Of a DNA stretch of 64,000 nucleotides, positions 21,847 through 33,483 are shown in pieces. The first letter of the stretch is position 1. Each line of letters opens with the position of its first letter. Source of the DNA: Dudresnaya verticillata (lineage: Eukaryota); the NCBI GenBank assembly GCA_977862235.1, contig OZ374558.1:558001-622000 (forward strand), given 5' to 3'. A program made the position numbers and the translations under genes. The notes below the pieces were generated by a model. That model was not told the DNA's origin and ran no database searches. It worked only from the letters and a program-made list of their open reading frames with translations.

Positions 21847-23862
21847 TTACACCATCCTCCTAAACCTAGGGACCGTCTGTGGAGCCTTCTCTTGCTGCAG
21901 AGCTGACTCGAAAATCGCGGTAATATAGTCATAGTTTGGATCTTCTTCGAAAGAGAGCCGTCTTACATATCGCAAGTATGTCAGAATCTGTGTTGGTAGT
22001 CCATGGCACAAATCTTCGCTTCTGATCATCCTCTTCATATCTCCGCCCACTTTCCAATCATCTGTATACCATGGCAGACTGCCCCTCAGGAACTGTATCA
22101 AAATGTACGCCAGTGACTCCAAATCATCCCTCCTGGAGCCAATCACTCCCAAATGCGCATGCTGCGAGGCATATGCGCAAGTTCCATACGCAGAGAGACC
22201 ATTCTTCAATGCAATGTGTTCACCAGTTTCAGTATTTCGGTACCGTAGAGCAAGACCGTAGTCAATAATATGCGGAATTCCGCTCCATTGCTTCAACATG
22301 ATATTTGCTGGCTTGAGGTCACGATGCACAATACCTCTTTCGTGGATATATTCCAATTGTAGCACAAGGATGATCCCTAGCTCAAAGACCGTGGATACTG
22401 GAATGTGCCTCTGTGCCCGATAGAAAAACTCTTCTAACGACATTGAAAACCGATCCAGAACGAGCGAGCCCCAAGCACTGCCATCCTGGGATTTTCTGTC
22501 TTCGAAGTAGCGGATTCTTGGGACTCCAAATTCTTGACTCTCTGCTGAGTACAGATGTCTATAAACTTCCGATTCGCGCTGAAGACCTCGACTGAAGTTT
22601 TGCATCGTTTCGTTTGCTGTGAGAGATTCAGTCTTAACAGCGACAGGAGTATGAAACCGCAAGTCGACACCTGCAAAGACCTTCCCGTACGAGCCTTCAC
22701 CTAGCATATCACCACGTTGATACCGGGATCCGATGATAGGGCTAGATATGTTCATTATGGGGGGCTTCATTCCATGAGCAAGCCCTAGATGGTTGATCGC
22801 TTCTGCCCGGCTTGACGAACTCGAATGGTCTGACCCGGAAGACCGCAGCGCTTCTATCTTCTTGACCTGCTCATGTAGGTTTCTGTTTAGAATTCGAAGC
22901 GACATTAGTTCTATTGTCTTTTTCTTGTCCGAACTCTCAGGTTCTTCCATCCGTCGTTCCTTGATCGTGACTTCAGCATCGAGTTCTTTCATGCGCTGGT
23001 TTTCTTCCTCTCGCTCTTGCTCTTGAGCTGATCTTGCCAGTTGCATTTCCTTCTCAGCATCGAGGACTTTGTTCTTCAGCAAAGCAATGGACTCATGAAG
23101 GGCGGCAATCTTATTTCTTGCTTCCTGCAACTCGGCTTCCTTCTCTTCTACTTGTGCCTCATGCGTTGCCAAGGTCTCCCGGGTGATCTGATCGAATTTA
23201 TCTTGCAAGAGCTGTTTCTTCCGTTGCTGCTGCTGATGCAACGTTTCATCATCGGGCGTCACGTCAATCCTTGTCTTATGAGTACTGTTGATACTGCTAA
23301 TATTTCTGAAGTTCTCTTGCTCAGAATGGGAGCTGTTCTCAGCTGGCTCCAAAACTGGCGTGATGGGGTCATTGGTTCGGGGTGTGGGTGTTGGGGGCAA
23401 ATAGTCCTCAGGGACGCTCTGGGTCTGATGGTTAGGGAAGGAATCGCATGGGCACGGCTGCTGGGGGCTGAGGACTGGAAGTGCAGATAAAGAGCTCTTG
23501 TCATTCGACTGGGAAGTACTCTCTAATTCCCCTTCGCTGCTTAGGGTACGATGGCCGCTTGCCGCTGACACATCGTTTTGGACCAGTACAGGAATTGATG
23601 AAACTTCTTGCTCCGATATCGTGTCGATTCTGAGCCCGAAGCACTTCTTGATAGAATCAATGCAACCAATTCTGGCTCCACGGTAGTTCTCTGATCGCGT
23701 AGTTCCATTCTTGTGGCGGCGAAAGATGATTCCCTTGAATCCTTTGGCCTTATAGCCTGCTTTAGAAAGAAAGCGAGAGCGGTTCATTGGAGAAAAAGGA
23801 CGAATCCTGGAACCACTTCCGACCGAAACGTCTTCTTCCAGAATATTCTGGCCAGAGCTCAT
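21847..23862 (-). CDS. Casein kinase 1-like kinase with a long N-terminal disordered and coiled-coil extension
   Basis: 671-aa ORF; E/K/Q-rich helical segment at about aa 205-340; GEGSYG, VAVKTE, HRDLKPAN, IDYGLA, GTCAYAS, SRRDDLESL, LPW. Confidence 0.92.
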   Translation of the reverse strand: MSSGQNILEEDVSVGSGSRIRPFSPMNRSRFLSKAGYKAKGFKGIIFRRHKNGTTRSENYRGARIGCIDSIKKCFGLRIDTISEQEVSSIPVLVQNDVSAASGHRTLSSEGELESTSQSNDKSSLSALPVLSPQQPCPCDSFPNHQTQSVPEDYLPPTPTPRTNDPITPVLEPAENSSHSEQENFRNISSINSTHKTRIDVTPDDETLHQQQQRKKQLLQDKFDQITRETLATHEAQVEEKEAELQEARNKIAALHESIALLKNKVLDAEKEMQLARSAQEQEREEENQRMKELDAEVTIKERRMEEPESSDKKKTIELMSLRILNRNLHEQVKKIEALRSSGSDHSSSSSRAEAINHLGLAHGMKPPIMNISSPIIGSRYQRGDMLGEGSYGKVFAGVDLRFHTPVAVKTESLTANETMQNFSRGLQRESEVYRHLYSAESQEFGVPRIRYFEDRKSQDGSAWGSLVLDRFSMSLEEFFYRAQRHIPVSTVFELGIILVLQLEYIHERGIVHRDLKPANIMLKQWSGIPHIIDYGLALRYRNTETGEHIALKNGLSAYGTCAYASQHAHLGVIGSRRDDLESLAYILIQFLRGSLPWYTDDWKVGGDMKRMIRSEDLCHGLPTQILTYLRYVRRLSFEEDPNYDYITAIFESALQQEKAPQTVPRFRRMV

Positions 23863-26186
23863 TGCAGATATGACTGGGATAGCAAGCTTGTCCGTCTACC
23901 ACAAAGCAATGAAGAGCAGTCTGGCAAAAGCAGACCTGTTGGCCTGTGTGTGCACCCGATGCAGGAGTAACTTGGAGTCTGTAGCCGATTTGGGGATTGG
24001 AGCTGGGAAGGCTGTTGCCGGTAGTGGGAGGGTATGAGTATGCGCAAGCAGGTGGCAGGCAGGGTTTATATGGGCACCCGGAGGGCACATGACTTCGGAA
24101 ATGGGAAGGACACATCATGGAAATGTAACGGGCAACTGCAACGGTATTGTACACGCATTTCGGAAAACGACTTGAGCCTTGATGTTCACGGCTTGATGTT
24201 TAGCAGAATCGAAGCCGTTATGTACGCGTATTCTGTACTTACCGGGAACGCTCTGAGAAAATTACCAAAAAACTGCGGTAATGTGGGCCGAAACGGGGTG
24301 CTTTTTCCTTTGTCTGCTACCGTTGATCCGTACGGTATGCCATGGCAACAACTGGTACAGCTAATACCGTACATCAGATCCGGGCACCTTACAGACAATC
24401 ACAGGCCGATAGTGGAAAGCGAACGGCTTTTTCTTTCGAGATCAGAGGGCGGTATCACTGTGCATCGCGCTCATCTTAGAAATGCAATGCCATTTCTGCC
24501 TCTCAAAAATGACTTGACATCAAGCCGCAACGAAACAGTCCAATAGACCCCTTTCCGAATGCAGAAGGCAGTGCTCAGCCGTGACATTGTTCGGGAATGA
24601 TATGGATCGCCTACTGCTTACTGCAGATTCTCGCAGAAAGGCTCTGAGATAGAATACGAAGTGCAGGGCCTTCAGGTCCTTTGCGACTGGAAGTACCCTA
24701 GCTAACTGTGGTGTCCGCCCGTGTCGCACTGGTGGGGGAGACTTTGTGTTTTGCGAACACCGCAGCCTGGGTTTCTAAGATTACGAGAGACGTGCAAAGG
24801 GGAGGGTGGTCATGGAAACGGATGGGTCGATAGTTACGTCCACATGTCACATGGTTGGGTGTATCCGTTGTTCCAACAGAGAGAGATCAACTTTACTCAG
24901 GAATGACAAAGGTATTGAAGGTGTCTCCCTTTCTCGTGGTATTCGAAGACCAGGCCATTTCTGCGAATCCAGAATCGGTGCATTTACCCCGCACCCATGG
25001 GAAGTGCTCGATGGTTGGAGTCGGGTGTGCCGCATGGCAAGCACCACATACTCTTGGGTGGATACTTCACACCGGGAGCATGAAAGGGTTCTCACGCACG
25101 TCCATAGAACATGTCTAGAACATAACCTGGATGAATGTCAGCTCGGTAGTAGGCAGTCCTAAACCAGATCGAACATGTCCTGTGTAGTCCCGCACATTAA
25201 GTTCAGGAACTTCCACCTGGGCTGTTGTAACGGAAATTCCCAAGCTGGTGAGATTGGCAGGATTTCTTCATGGACAACAATCCCTTCGCCCTCATTCGCC
25301 AAGACGATGAGTTACAGTTGTGTTGAGAGTGCCCGCTGGCATACATGTCATGGGTCCACCTGCTCTGGAAACGAAAAGACAAATTTGGACACGACATACA
25401 ACTTGTAGACTTGCCAGGCACGAACTTAGTGTTCTCGTGAATTTCAGCACGAAGAGGCGAACTCCCAAGGCTATCTCCGTTTGCCAACGGTATCTTTGCA
25501 GAAGTTCCTGCTTCGATGCAAGACAGACTGGTCGCTTTCCCGGAAAGCTCAGCGGTCATGCCAACTGTCTACTGTCTGGGGAACAACGTTACCCATGATT
25601 TAACGCATACTACTAGATGTTTTTCTTTGAGTAAAGCGTTTTCCTACTTCCCTTCGTCCTTTCCGTGACCATGGAAACGAGGCAGTGAATAACGTAGGCA
25701 GAGCGGCATGTGTTGCTGAGGGGTATTGAGACTTATTGTTGACTCTGTACAGTAGTTTCAAGTTGATATCACAGGTGCTCTAGATATCGATTCAGAAGAG
25801 CCCCATCTGTTGCGGTTGGGCGCCTCAGCGACTCCAAGTTTGCTCTTCGTCCGGCCTGCCTGCAACCTGCACGGCGTCTGAGACATTTTCTTCGCACCGT
25901 GAGCAGCTGCAGCATTCACGGCGGATGACACCAGATACTACGTGGGCGGCGCTTCAGGGTGATTTAACCTTCTCAATCACCAAAGCAAAGGCGTTGCCAA
26001 ATCTTAACTACGCGATCGCCCGGGATGCTCTCTTATGCAGATATCGGGGGGTTTCGTGGTCGTGGATCGGGACCGCAGGTGCTTTGCATCCCGATTCACT
26101 GGTCCCGATTCCGGAATCGCGATTCGATTCGGTTCGGGCCCATTTTGTAATTTTCAATCCAATTACAGAGCGCTCCGATAGACCGG

Positions 26187-26669
26187 AGCGCTCTGTAATC
26201 GTGACCATCTTCGTATGGATCTCTATGTTGATGACCCTGCGTTTGCTCCCCTCCCGCAAGCATTTGACGTCTCCGTGGTGACCCCACACCATCCAACTAC
26301 ACTGTCCAAAACGCCTCGCTCTCAACATCAAGCTATTCACCGCCGCGAGCAAGCTAAAGCCCGTCATTATCGTCGCTTATGTTCTACCAACCGGATAGAA
26401 CTCCATCCTATGGTGATGGACATCTATGGTGCCATTGGTTCTGGGTTCGATCGAGGCGCTCAGCGCGTGGCGAATTTCCTAGCTGCTATGAAGGGCACTT
26501 CGCCGATATCTGAGAAACTATCTCTTCTCACCCACCTCACCTCTCTTGTACTTCAATCTGTCGCGGTGGCTGTTAACCGCCGTTTGCTCTTCGACCGTCG
26601 CCTTTCAGATGAGTTTTAGATAAGCCCCCTTACGGGGCTGTAGTCTTTCCTATGCATAAAGGTCTCCAT
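26187..26669 (+). mobile_element. 5'-truncated CRE-like REL copy with 14-bp TSD
   Basis: MDLYVDD..FDVSV..EQAKARHY..LHPMVMDIYG..VNRR; TSD CTCCGATAGACCGG at 26173-26186 and 26670-26683. Confidence 0.92.
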
Positions 26670-27422
26670 CTCCGATAGACCGGCGCGACTGTGGACTGCC
26701 GACGGGAAAGCTGTCCACGCGCTGTGTGACGCATCTGACCACGCGCATGCGGAGTTGTTGGGAACAAGCACGGCCGTGCCCGAACCCTCTCACCAGCGGC
26801 AAGCCGGTGCGGCGCTTTCACGGCCGTACCGAGCACGCCAACTTCACCACCGCAGCGGGACGCTGCACCAGCAGCACGCCGTACTCTTACATCTTTTCGC
26901 CAACACGCCTGCGCTGTTTCCAGACGCCCCCGCCTGCGATAACGGGCTGACGTCGAAGTCGAGAGATTCCCATTCTCGCACCTGCGCCGTTGCGTTTTTC
27001 CTCACGCCATGCGCGCCCCTCGACACTCCTGGAACAGCTCTGGGCCATCTCACCATGTGGGCCTTTCAGAACGGTACGCTGTCATCTGTGCAACACGCAG
27101 GAATAACAACAACCGATCGCGATGACGAATGAAGGCCAACCAACAATCAATTCAACGCATCTTGGGCTCCACTGCGGGCCCTTCTTTTATATCTGTGATG
27201 CCAGGCATGGTGAGGGGCAAGCTCGGACCGGCAGAATTTTTCTGCTTGTTGTACAACAAGCTACGCCGCGGCGCCGGTGTCCCGTGGGCCATCGTGCGAT
27301 GTCCATCCATGAAGCGCCTCTAACGGCCCCAGCCTCGAGCGACGAAAGTCCTATGTGCGAGTTAACAGCGCGACCGACAATCTCCTTTCCCAGCGACCAT
27401 TCCCCATTTCGACTATCCAACC

Positions 27423-29543
27423 ATGTCTCAAGCTTCCATCGTGCCGGAGAGAAATCCGCTCCGTATCTTAGTCGTAGGCGGAGGGCCTGTAGGGCTTTCC
27501 TTTGCAGCCTGTTTGAAGGCCTTGAAACGGAGCGAGGTTGAAATCGTCGTGCGGGAGGCTCGGTGGGTGGAGAATGACTTCGGGAGTGTCCGCTGGAAGA
27601 ATCCAGAAGAGGGTGTGTTCCGCCGCCAGCAAGTTGTCACGATCCAGTCTGCAGTCATTGACTCATTGCCAGATGAACTCACAACGGTGCTGTTCCCTGC
27701 GATGAGTTACTCTTGTGTCTGGCCGCTCGGCTCTGAAAGCCCATCGGCACTCGGTGCACCGAGAAATACTCGCTTGATGGACATTGAAGATCGCCTTCTT
27801 GGGCTCTGCCAACGAATTGGTGTCCAGTTGGAAGCGGGACGCGTTTTACCGGCGGAGATTGACCTAAGCAATTGGCACTTGGTTGTTGCTGCAGATGGAC
27901 CAAATTCAGATGTTCGCCAGCACTTTCAACATCTTTTTGGAAAGGACGACCCTGTGCCTTTCTCCATAGGTGGGGAGCAAGTCAAGGATACGGTGCTCGC
28001 ATTGAAAGTTTCGTCTAAGATGTCCGACCCAAACACAGTGGTATTGACCATTGCACAAAACCGCTTTCTGTTCAATGGACACAACGGGGATGGCTACCTA
28101 TACATGCGTCTGACGAGAACTGAAGAAGATGAGGTCCGCGGAAGGACGCCAGAAGGAGAAGATATAATAGCTTGCATTCAGAGCAGACCATGCATGATGA
28201 CGGTCAGTGATGGCGATGGTACGCCTTGTTGCACGACTCATGGCACGCAGTTTGGCCCCGCACTGAATCCTCACAGCTTTCTTTGGGCCCGTGTGCAAGA
28301 AGGGCTTCGTCTGTTTGACTGTGAACTATCCGCCGTGACCGTGTTCCGTCTTGCGATGTTTCAGCGGCCAAAATTTGTCACTGAACTCACACAAACAGGC
28401 ACAATGAGTCCAGTGTTTGGAGCGCTCATTGGGGATGCCGGAAACTCTATTCACTTTTGGCCAGGGAGAGGTTTGAACAGTGGATTCTACTCGGCTGTGT
28501 CGCTTGCAAGGAGCTTGCATGTGGCTTGGAGGGGTCAAAACCTTCGCAGCGCTGATTTTACTGCTTTTGAAGGCGTTATGTCGTCGCTACAGCACCGACA
28601 TAAGGATCGAGCATGGCGAGCGATGGTACAAACAAGGAACGGCAGGGTACAAGCAGTTAAGGATATACTTTCTGAGGGGCTTGAGGGCGACTGTGCCATG
28701 ACACGCGACGATCTCATGAACACAATGTTGCAAAGAGTTCAAACTTTGTCAAACGGCCTAAACGATCGCCTTCCAATGAAGCCGTCGTATCAAGACATCA
28801 AATTGTGCCTCGAACAATGCGAGGACAAGACGCTGAATGCTTTCGTCCTGGGCGGCCCGTGGGAGCGTGGCCTCTCTGGGGGCTCGGAGGTCAAGTTGGA
28901 CAGAATGATACCAAATCCAAGATCTAGGGGGCGTAGTGCCAACAGGAACGGACAAAGCAGCGATTCACCCATCACGGATATGCCTGACGGAGACTCGATA
29001 AGCGTGATGAGTTTCTTCAGTGAATCGTCATTGGAGCAGAGAATCCTGAGTGAGGAAAGTGCCCGTGCAAGCTTTGCACAGGCCGTGAAATTCGTTGGGA
29101 GAGATACTTTGCCCTGGAGCCAAGCTGTGCATGAGCTTCGGGCATTACTTATTCGGGCGAATGTAGGGCATCATCTGAGCTCAGATGACATCAGGGACGA
29201 GGTGGAGAAGGCGGATAGAGACAAATCGATGCGCATTGATGTGGAAGAGTTTGTGAATGCGGTGGCGGGGCTGATACATTGCAGTGGATCGAACGTTGAC
29301 CAACTTGGAAACATGTGGAGAGAGAAGTTTTTGAAAGCTGCTGATTCGAATGAACAAGTTGATGCACGTATTGCAGCCATTCTTGTGGTCTCGATTGCTG
29401 GAGAGCTCACACCGCAAATGAGTGAACTGGTGGATAGGACCAAGCTGGAGAGGATGTTTATTGACAAGTGCGGTAACCAGTCAAACCTAGTTAGCTTGGA
29501 GCTATACATGGAGATCAGCGCCATGATCATGTTTGGCAACTAA
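27423..29543 (+). CDS. FAD-dependent monooxygenase-like protein with C-terminal EF-hand region
   Basis: ILVVGGGPVGL (GxGxxG), VVAADG (DG motif), LIGDAGNSIHFWPGRGLN (GD motif); canonical-looking EF loop DRDKSMRIDVEE. Confidence 0.85.
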   Translation: MSQASIVPERNPLRILVVGGGPVGLSFAACLKALKRSEVEIVVREARWVENDFGSVRWKNPEEGVFRRQQVVTIQSAVIDSLPDELTTVLFPAMSYSCVWPLGSESPSALGAPRNTRLMDIEDRLLGLCQRIGVQLEAGRVLPAEIDLSNWHLVVAADGPNSDVRQHFQHLFGKDDPVPFSIGGEQVKDTVLALKVSSKMSDPNTVVLTIAQNRFLFNGHNGDGYLYMRLTRTEEDEVRGRTPEGEDIIACIQSRPCMMTVSDGDGTPCCTTHGTQFGPALNPHSFLWARVQEGLRLFDCELSAVTVFRLAMFQRPKFVTELTQTGTMSPVFGALIGDAGNSIHFWPGRGLNSGFYSAVSLARSLHVAWRGQNLRSADFTAFEGVMSSLQHRHKDRAWRAMVQTRNGRVQAVKDILSEGLEGDCAMTRDDLMNTMLQRVQTLSNGLNDRLPMKPSYQDIKLCLEQCEDKTLNAFVLGGPWERGLSGGSEVKLDRMIPNPRSRGRSANRNGQSSDSPITDMPDGDSISVMSFFSESSLEQRILSEESARASFAQAVKFVGRDTLPWSQAVHELRALLIRANVGHHLSSDDIRDEVEKADRDKSMRIDVEEFVNAVAGLIHCSGSNVDQLGNMWREKFLKAADSNEQVDARIAAILVVSIAGELTPQMSELVDRTKLERMFIDKCGNQSNLVSLELYMEISAMIMFGN

Positions 29544-29849
29544 AGTAAGAGTATTAAGTGTGATGGACATGTGGAACGATGTGTTGTTTCATTTAGTTCT
29601 TGTTTAGATTGTCCCTACGCGGGCGACTCAGGCCCATATGCAAGCGCACTTGCGTGTGTGTCGAGGGATGAAGCTTCATCTGAAGCGGTTCGGTCGTGGT
29701 CCCAAGGGTGCCAAGTAGTCTCACGCGGCGATCTGCGACCTCCAGCCAGGGCGTTACTGCGAGCTACCTCGTCGGCCCCCACGGGCGGACACCGGCTCGT
29801 ACTCTATTCTATCTTCCGTAAGGTTGGAGTTGTGGCGGTCAGCTGATCG

Positions 29850-31950
29850 AGCCGCATCATGCAGTAGTTGACGATTTGCCCGCAATGTCATTGTATAATT
29901 TTACTCAACCTGATTTAGAGTGCGTCTGCTTCGGCAGCAGTGGCCTATGGGCTAACACACTACGTGGAGTGCTACGAAGAGGTGGGTAGCGGGCGGGAAT
30001 CGGGGGCGCTGTAGCCAATGCGGTGGATGGCGTCGATGGAGTCGCCCAAGGTTGTGAACGAAGCGGGGGGGCAAGTCAGGGCGGGAAAGGAGGTGAAGTG
30101 TCTGGCGCAATTCGCGGGCGCGTGAGGCCGTGGTTGGGGGGCGTGGAGGAATGGGGAAGGTCCCAAGATGCCAGCGGACGGCTAGGAGGTGGTGTGTGGC
30201 GGATTCGAACTGTAGTGCAGGTTGAAGCGGGAGGTGCTGTACACTGGGGCTGGTCGGCGACCATGCTGCAGTATGGATCGCCAGTGTTGCAATAGTTCCA
30301 GTTGGAGCTGTAAAGGACGGCGTGGATGTAGTGTAGCGCAGCGTACGGCCGGATCAGCAGATTGTGCGAGGGCGTCAAGGGTCTGTCGAGAAGCCCAGCG
30401 TGTCTTGGGCTTCCCATTACGCGCAGTTGTCTGTAGAGTGCGGACGAGGGAATGTTGGAGGTGGCAGCGATGACGGATCATGTCCGGTAACCGATAAAGA
30501 GCCCGCAGTTTTTGCAGCCTTGAGGGAGGCATGCGGGGCGTGCGTTGGGCAATGACGGCACGGAAAAAGGCGGCATCAACGGCATCGAGTTGCTGCAGAA
30601 TGGCGTGGGTGAGTGGAGTGATCGTGAGGGCATATTCTATGACTGGGGCCACAAACATCCTGTACGCTATTTGGACGGCGCGCGGAGGCATGAGGTAAGA
30701 CAGATGCCGCAATTGGCGGAGTCGACCGATATCGGCACATGGCTTGCGCCGCTTTCTTGAGCCGTAGGAGCGTTTCGCTTGAGCCAAGACCACGGCAAGT
30801 GAGCTCGACTCCCAAGTATCGGCAGCTGGTCGACACAGGGATGCGCTGCTGAGCAATGCAGAAGGCTGATGTGCTGGGGCGGAGACGGTGTCGGTCTGGC
30901 AGAAGAATGTGGTATTTAGAGACGGACTACAGCATGCCGCTTTGAGTTGCCCAATCGTCACATATTTGAAGAGCGCGTCGCAGTATCTAACTTGTATCCT
31001 TGATGGATATTTGCTTAGAGATATTGCATTACATGCATGCAATATCAGATCAATACAATATTGCTAAGATACAAGAATTCCACTTATGCAGTAGTAACGT
31101 CTATATTCTTGTTGACTTTCTCAACTACTAGAATACTATCTCAAGCTGAGAAGTAGAAAGTCTATAAGAACCCTCAATAGTTTGTTCATTCTTGATCTAA
31201 GGCATCAGAACGAAAGAAGAACTATTATAACACATTCAATTACATTTTCTTATTTGATCTATCCATTATATCTTGTCTTATCTTCCTTCCTCACACCGTG
31301 TTTCCCTCCTCATTATTAACGCAGTGCACTGGGGGAGTCCAGGTGGAGCAAGCAATCATCGGCTTGCAAACGCCCGGGCAAGTGGTCTATATCGCGAAAA
31401 CCCTGCACAAAGGCGTTCTGCCAACGGATTAATGTACAGATTGAATAGTTCCGTACTGAGCGGGGAGCCTTGGGTAACACCGCCACGGATCTCTCCAGTG
31501 AGCCTTATGGAATCGCCGACAGTGCTGACGACCAAGTTGCAATGCCCGCAATGTGGTACGCACTCTGCAACTTTCAGCGGGAACCGTTTCGATCTCCCCT
31601 CCCGACCCTGCCCGAACGGCCTCCCAGAACTTCCCCGCCTATCGGAACTGGTCCCTATTCCTGTCACCCTCCGCAACATCCCTCAAAGGATAGAAGCAAT
31701 TCCCCACTGGACTACAGCGTGACCGCGACCCACCTCTCTCACCTATCCAATGACCCGACGTTGAACGCCCCCACTCGTTCGAATAGTAGACAATCGTGTT
31801 CTGTCTCGAAGATACTGGCTCATTGGCCTATGTTGCCGATACGGGTGCACGTAAAACATTCTCGTAAAAAGTTTAATGTCACTCCGCAGACTACATCTCC
31901 TCGGGACCCCAAGCGACGACGACCGGAACGCTAAACAGTAATAATTGGTC
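29850..31950 (-). mobile_element. Degraded non-LTR retrotransposon RT of a different, non-CRE lineage, split by an AT-rich insert (about 30900-31320)
   Basis: GVTQGSPLSTELFNLYINPL, LQADDC in an adjacent frame, CRYLGV, YRMFVAPVIEY. Confidence 0.75.
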
Positions 31951-32280
31951 TGACGCGTCGTACAGGAGGCACGTATTGATAGATTGGGTTCTCAAGTTAC
32001 TACTGGACATGTTGGAACTGCGAAGGAAGGTGTGCACTTCGATGAGACGCAGTTCTGTTCCGACCAAGCTCCCTATAGAGGCACGTCCAATGTCTGTTTC
32101 TGCTTTGTTCGTAGTTGGCGGAAACAAGAGAGAGATGCCTTTAATGACGACTAAAATGTAAACCAGAAGGGCTGTTAGAGGTTTTCAAATGCGTCTATTC
32201 ATGCTCGTTGCAGTTGGCAATAAAATTGGTAAGGGACGCGATATACAGGGATTTTTCCAACGATGAAGGGAAAGTTCCAT

Positions 32281-33177
32281 CTAAGAACCTGAAGGTGTCC
32301 AGTCATACCGTCCATCATCTTCGAAACCAAGGCCGTGAAGTGCGTCTCGTAGATAATTCATCAACAACTTGTAGTCGGGAACTTGTCCAAACGAAAGTCC
32401 CCGGACATGTCTCAGAAAGTATTCTACCTCCTTTGGCAGTCCTTCGCAAAGCTTACCCAAAGGAAGCTTCTCTTTCACTCCGAGAATGAGAGTCATGTGT
32501 CTCGGTCCAAAGTTCTTTTTCAGAATCCCAGTCCATGGGAGAATACCCTTGAACAGGTCAACTACAACATAACCAATAGCCTCGAGATCATCCGCTCGGC
32601 ATAAAGCACGTCCCTTGTGTATACCGACAGACATATAAGCCGGGGTTCCGACGGGCCCTGATGGAAGGGTAGTGGGAGCGCTTCCTTCAGGAGGACAGTG
32701 TTGGCCACATCCAAAGTCTACCAAGTAGATGGTGGAATCGTCCTTCTTGGCCCCGGTGAGAATATTTGGTGGCTTAATGTCTCCATGAATGAACCCCTTG
32801 CGGTGAAGGTGCTTAACACGCCTGAGTAACTGCAAACCTACCATAAGAGCAGTCTTAACCGAGAAGCGTCTCGACCTGTGGTTTAGCAGACGTTCAAGCG
32901 AGCTACCCAAGTAGGTCATTGCCATTGCGTAATGGTTCAGATGACGACCATAGCAAAATACAACAGGAAAGCCTTCTGCCTTTCCACCTTCATGCACGGC
33001 CTTGAGAACTTCATTCTCGAAACCGAGAACAGACGCAGCCATTCGTTCAACCTTTACAGCGTAGATATGCCTGTTAAAACGATCTACAGCCCGATAGACC
33101 GTGCCAGAAGAACCAGATCCAAGCTTGTCACCAAGGACATACCTCCCATGAACCGGAATGTTCGTATCGATAGGCAT
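32281..33177 (-). CDS. Casein kinase 1-like kinase (non-RD, most divergent copy)
   Basis: GSGSSG, YAVKVE, LGSSL, HGDIKPPN, VDFG, GTPAYMS, RADDLEA, LPW, YDW; first ATG at 33177. Confidence 0.9.
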   Translation of the reverse strand: MPIDTNIPVHGRYVLGDKLGSGSSGTVYRAVDRFNRHIYAVKVERMAASVLGFENEVLKAVHEGGKAEGFPVVFCYGRHLNHYAMAMTYLGSSLERLLNHRSRRFSVKTALMVGLQLLRRVKHLHRKGFIHGDIKPPNILTGAKKDDSTIYLVDFGCGQHCPPEGSAPTTLPSGPVGTPAYMSVGIHKGRALCRADDLEAIGYVVVDLFKGILPWTGILKKNFGPRHMTLILGVKEKLPLGKLCEGLPKEVEYFLRHVRGLSFGQVPDYKLLMNYLRDALHGLGFEDDGRYDWTPSGS

Positions 33178-33455
33178 GGTAGCTTCAGAGATTGAGTCAG
33201 TGTGGCCAGAGAACGGAAAAACAACAGGAGGAGCTGTCGTAAGGTAGATCAGCGAGAGCAAGGCACCTGATTTCGTGAAGAAGAGCGTAGAGCATCGAAG
33301 CAAATATAGTGTTGAATAGGACCCAGAACGTTTTATGTAAAACCCGGCAATTAGTGGTCGAGAAGGCCGTGGCTGAGCGGAACCGTATGCGACCGACGAC
33401 GGAAAGCGCGGGAAACCGCAATGAGGGTGCTTTGTGAAAATGCAAACTTGTTGTT

Positions 33456-33483
33456 CTGCTTCAATAAAGTTGTGATGATGATG
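33456..33483 (+). mobile_element. Tiny family D 3' end remnant
   Basis: TGCTTCAATAAAGTTGTGATGATGATG is identical to the terminus at about 13673-13700. Confidence 0.75.

Noticed and set aside
24030..25600. Several 70-170 aa ORFs
   Set aside because: No recognisable motifs; likely decayed repeat or intergenic DNA
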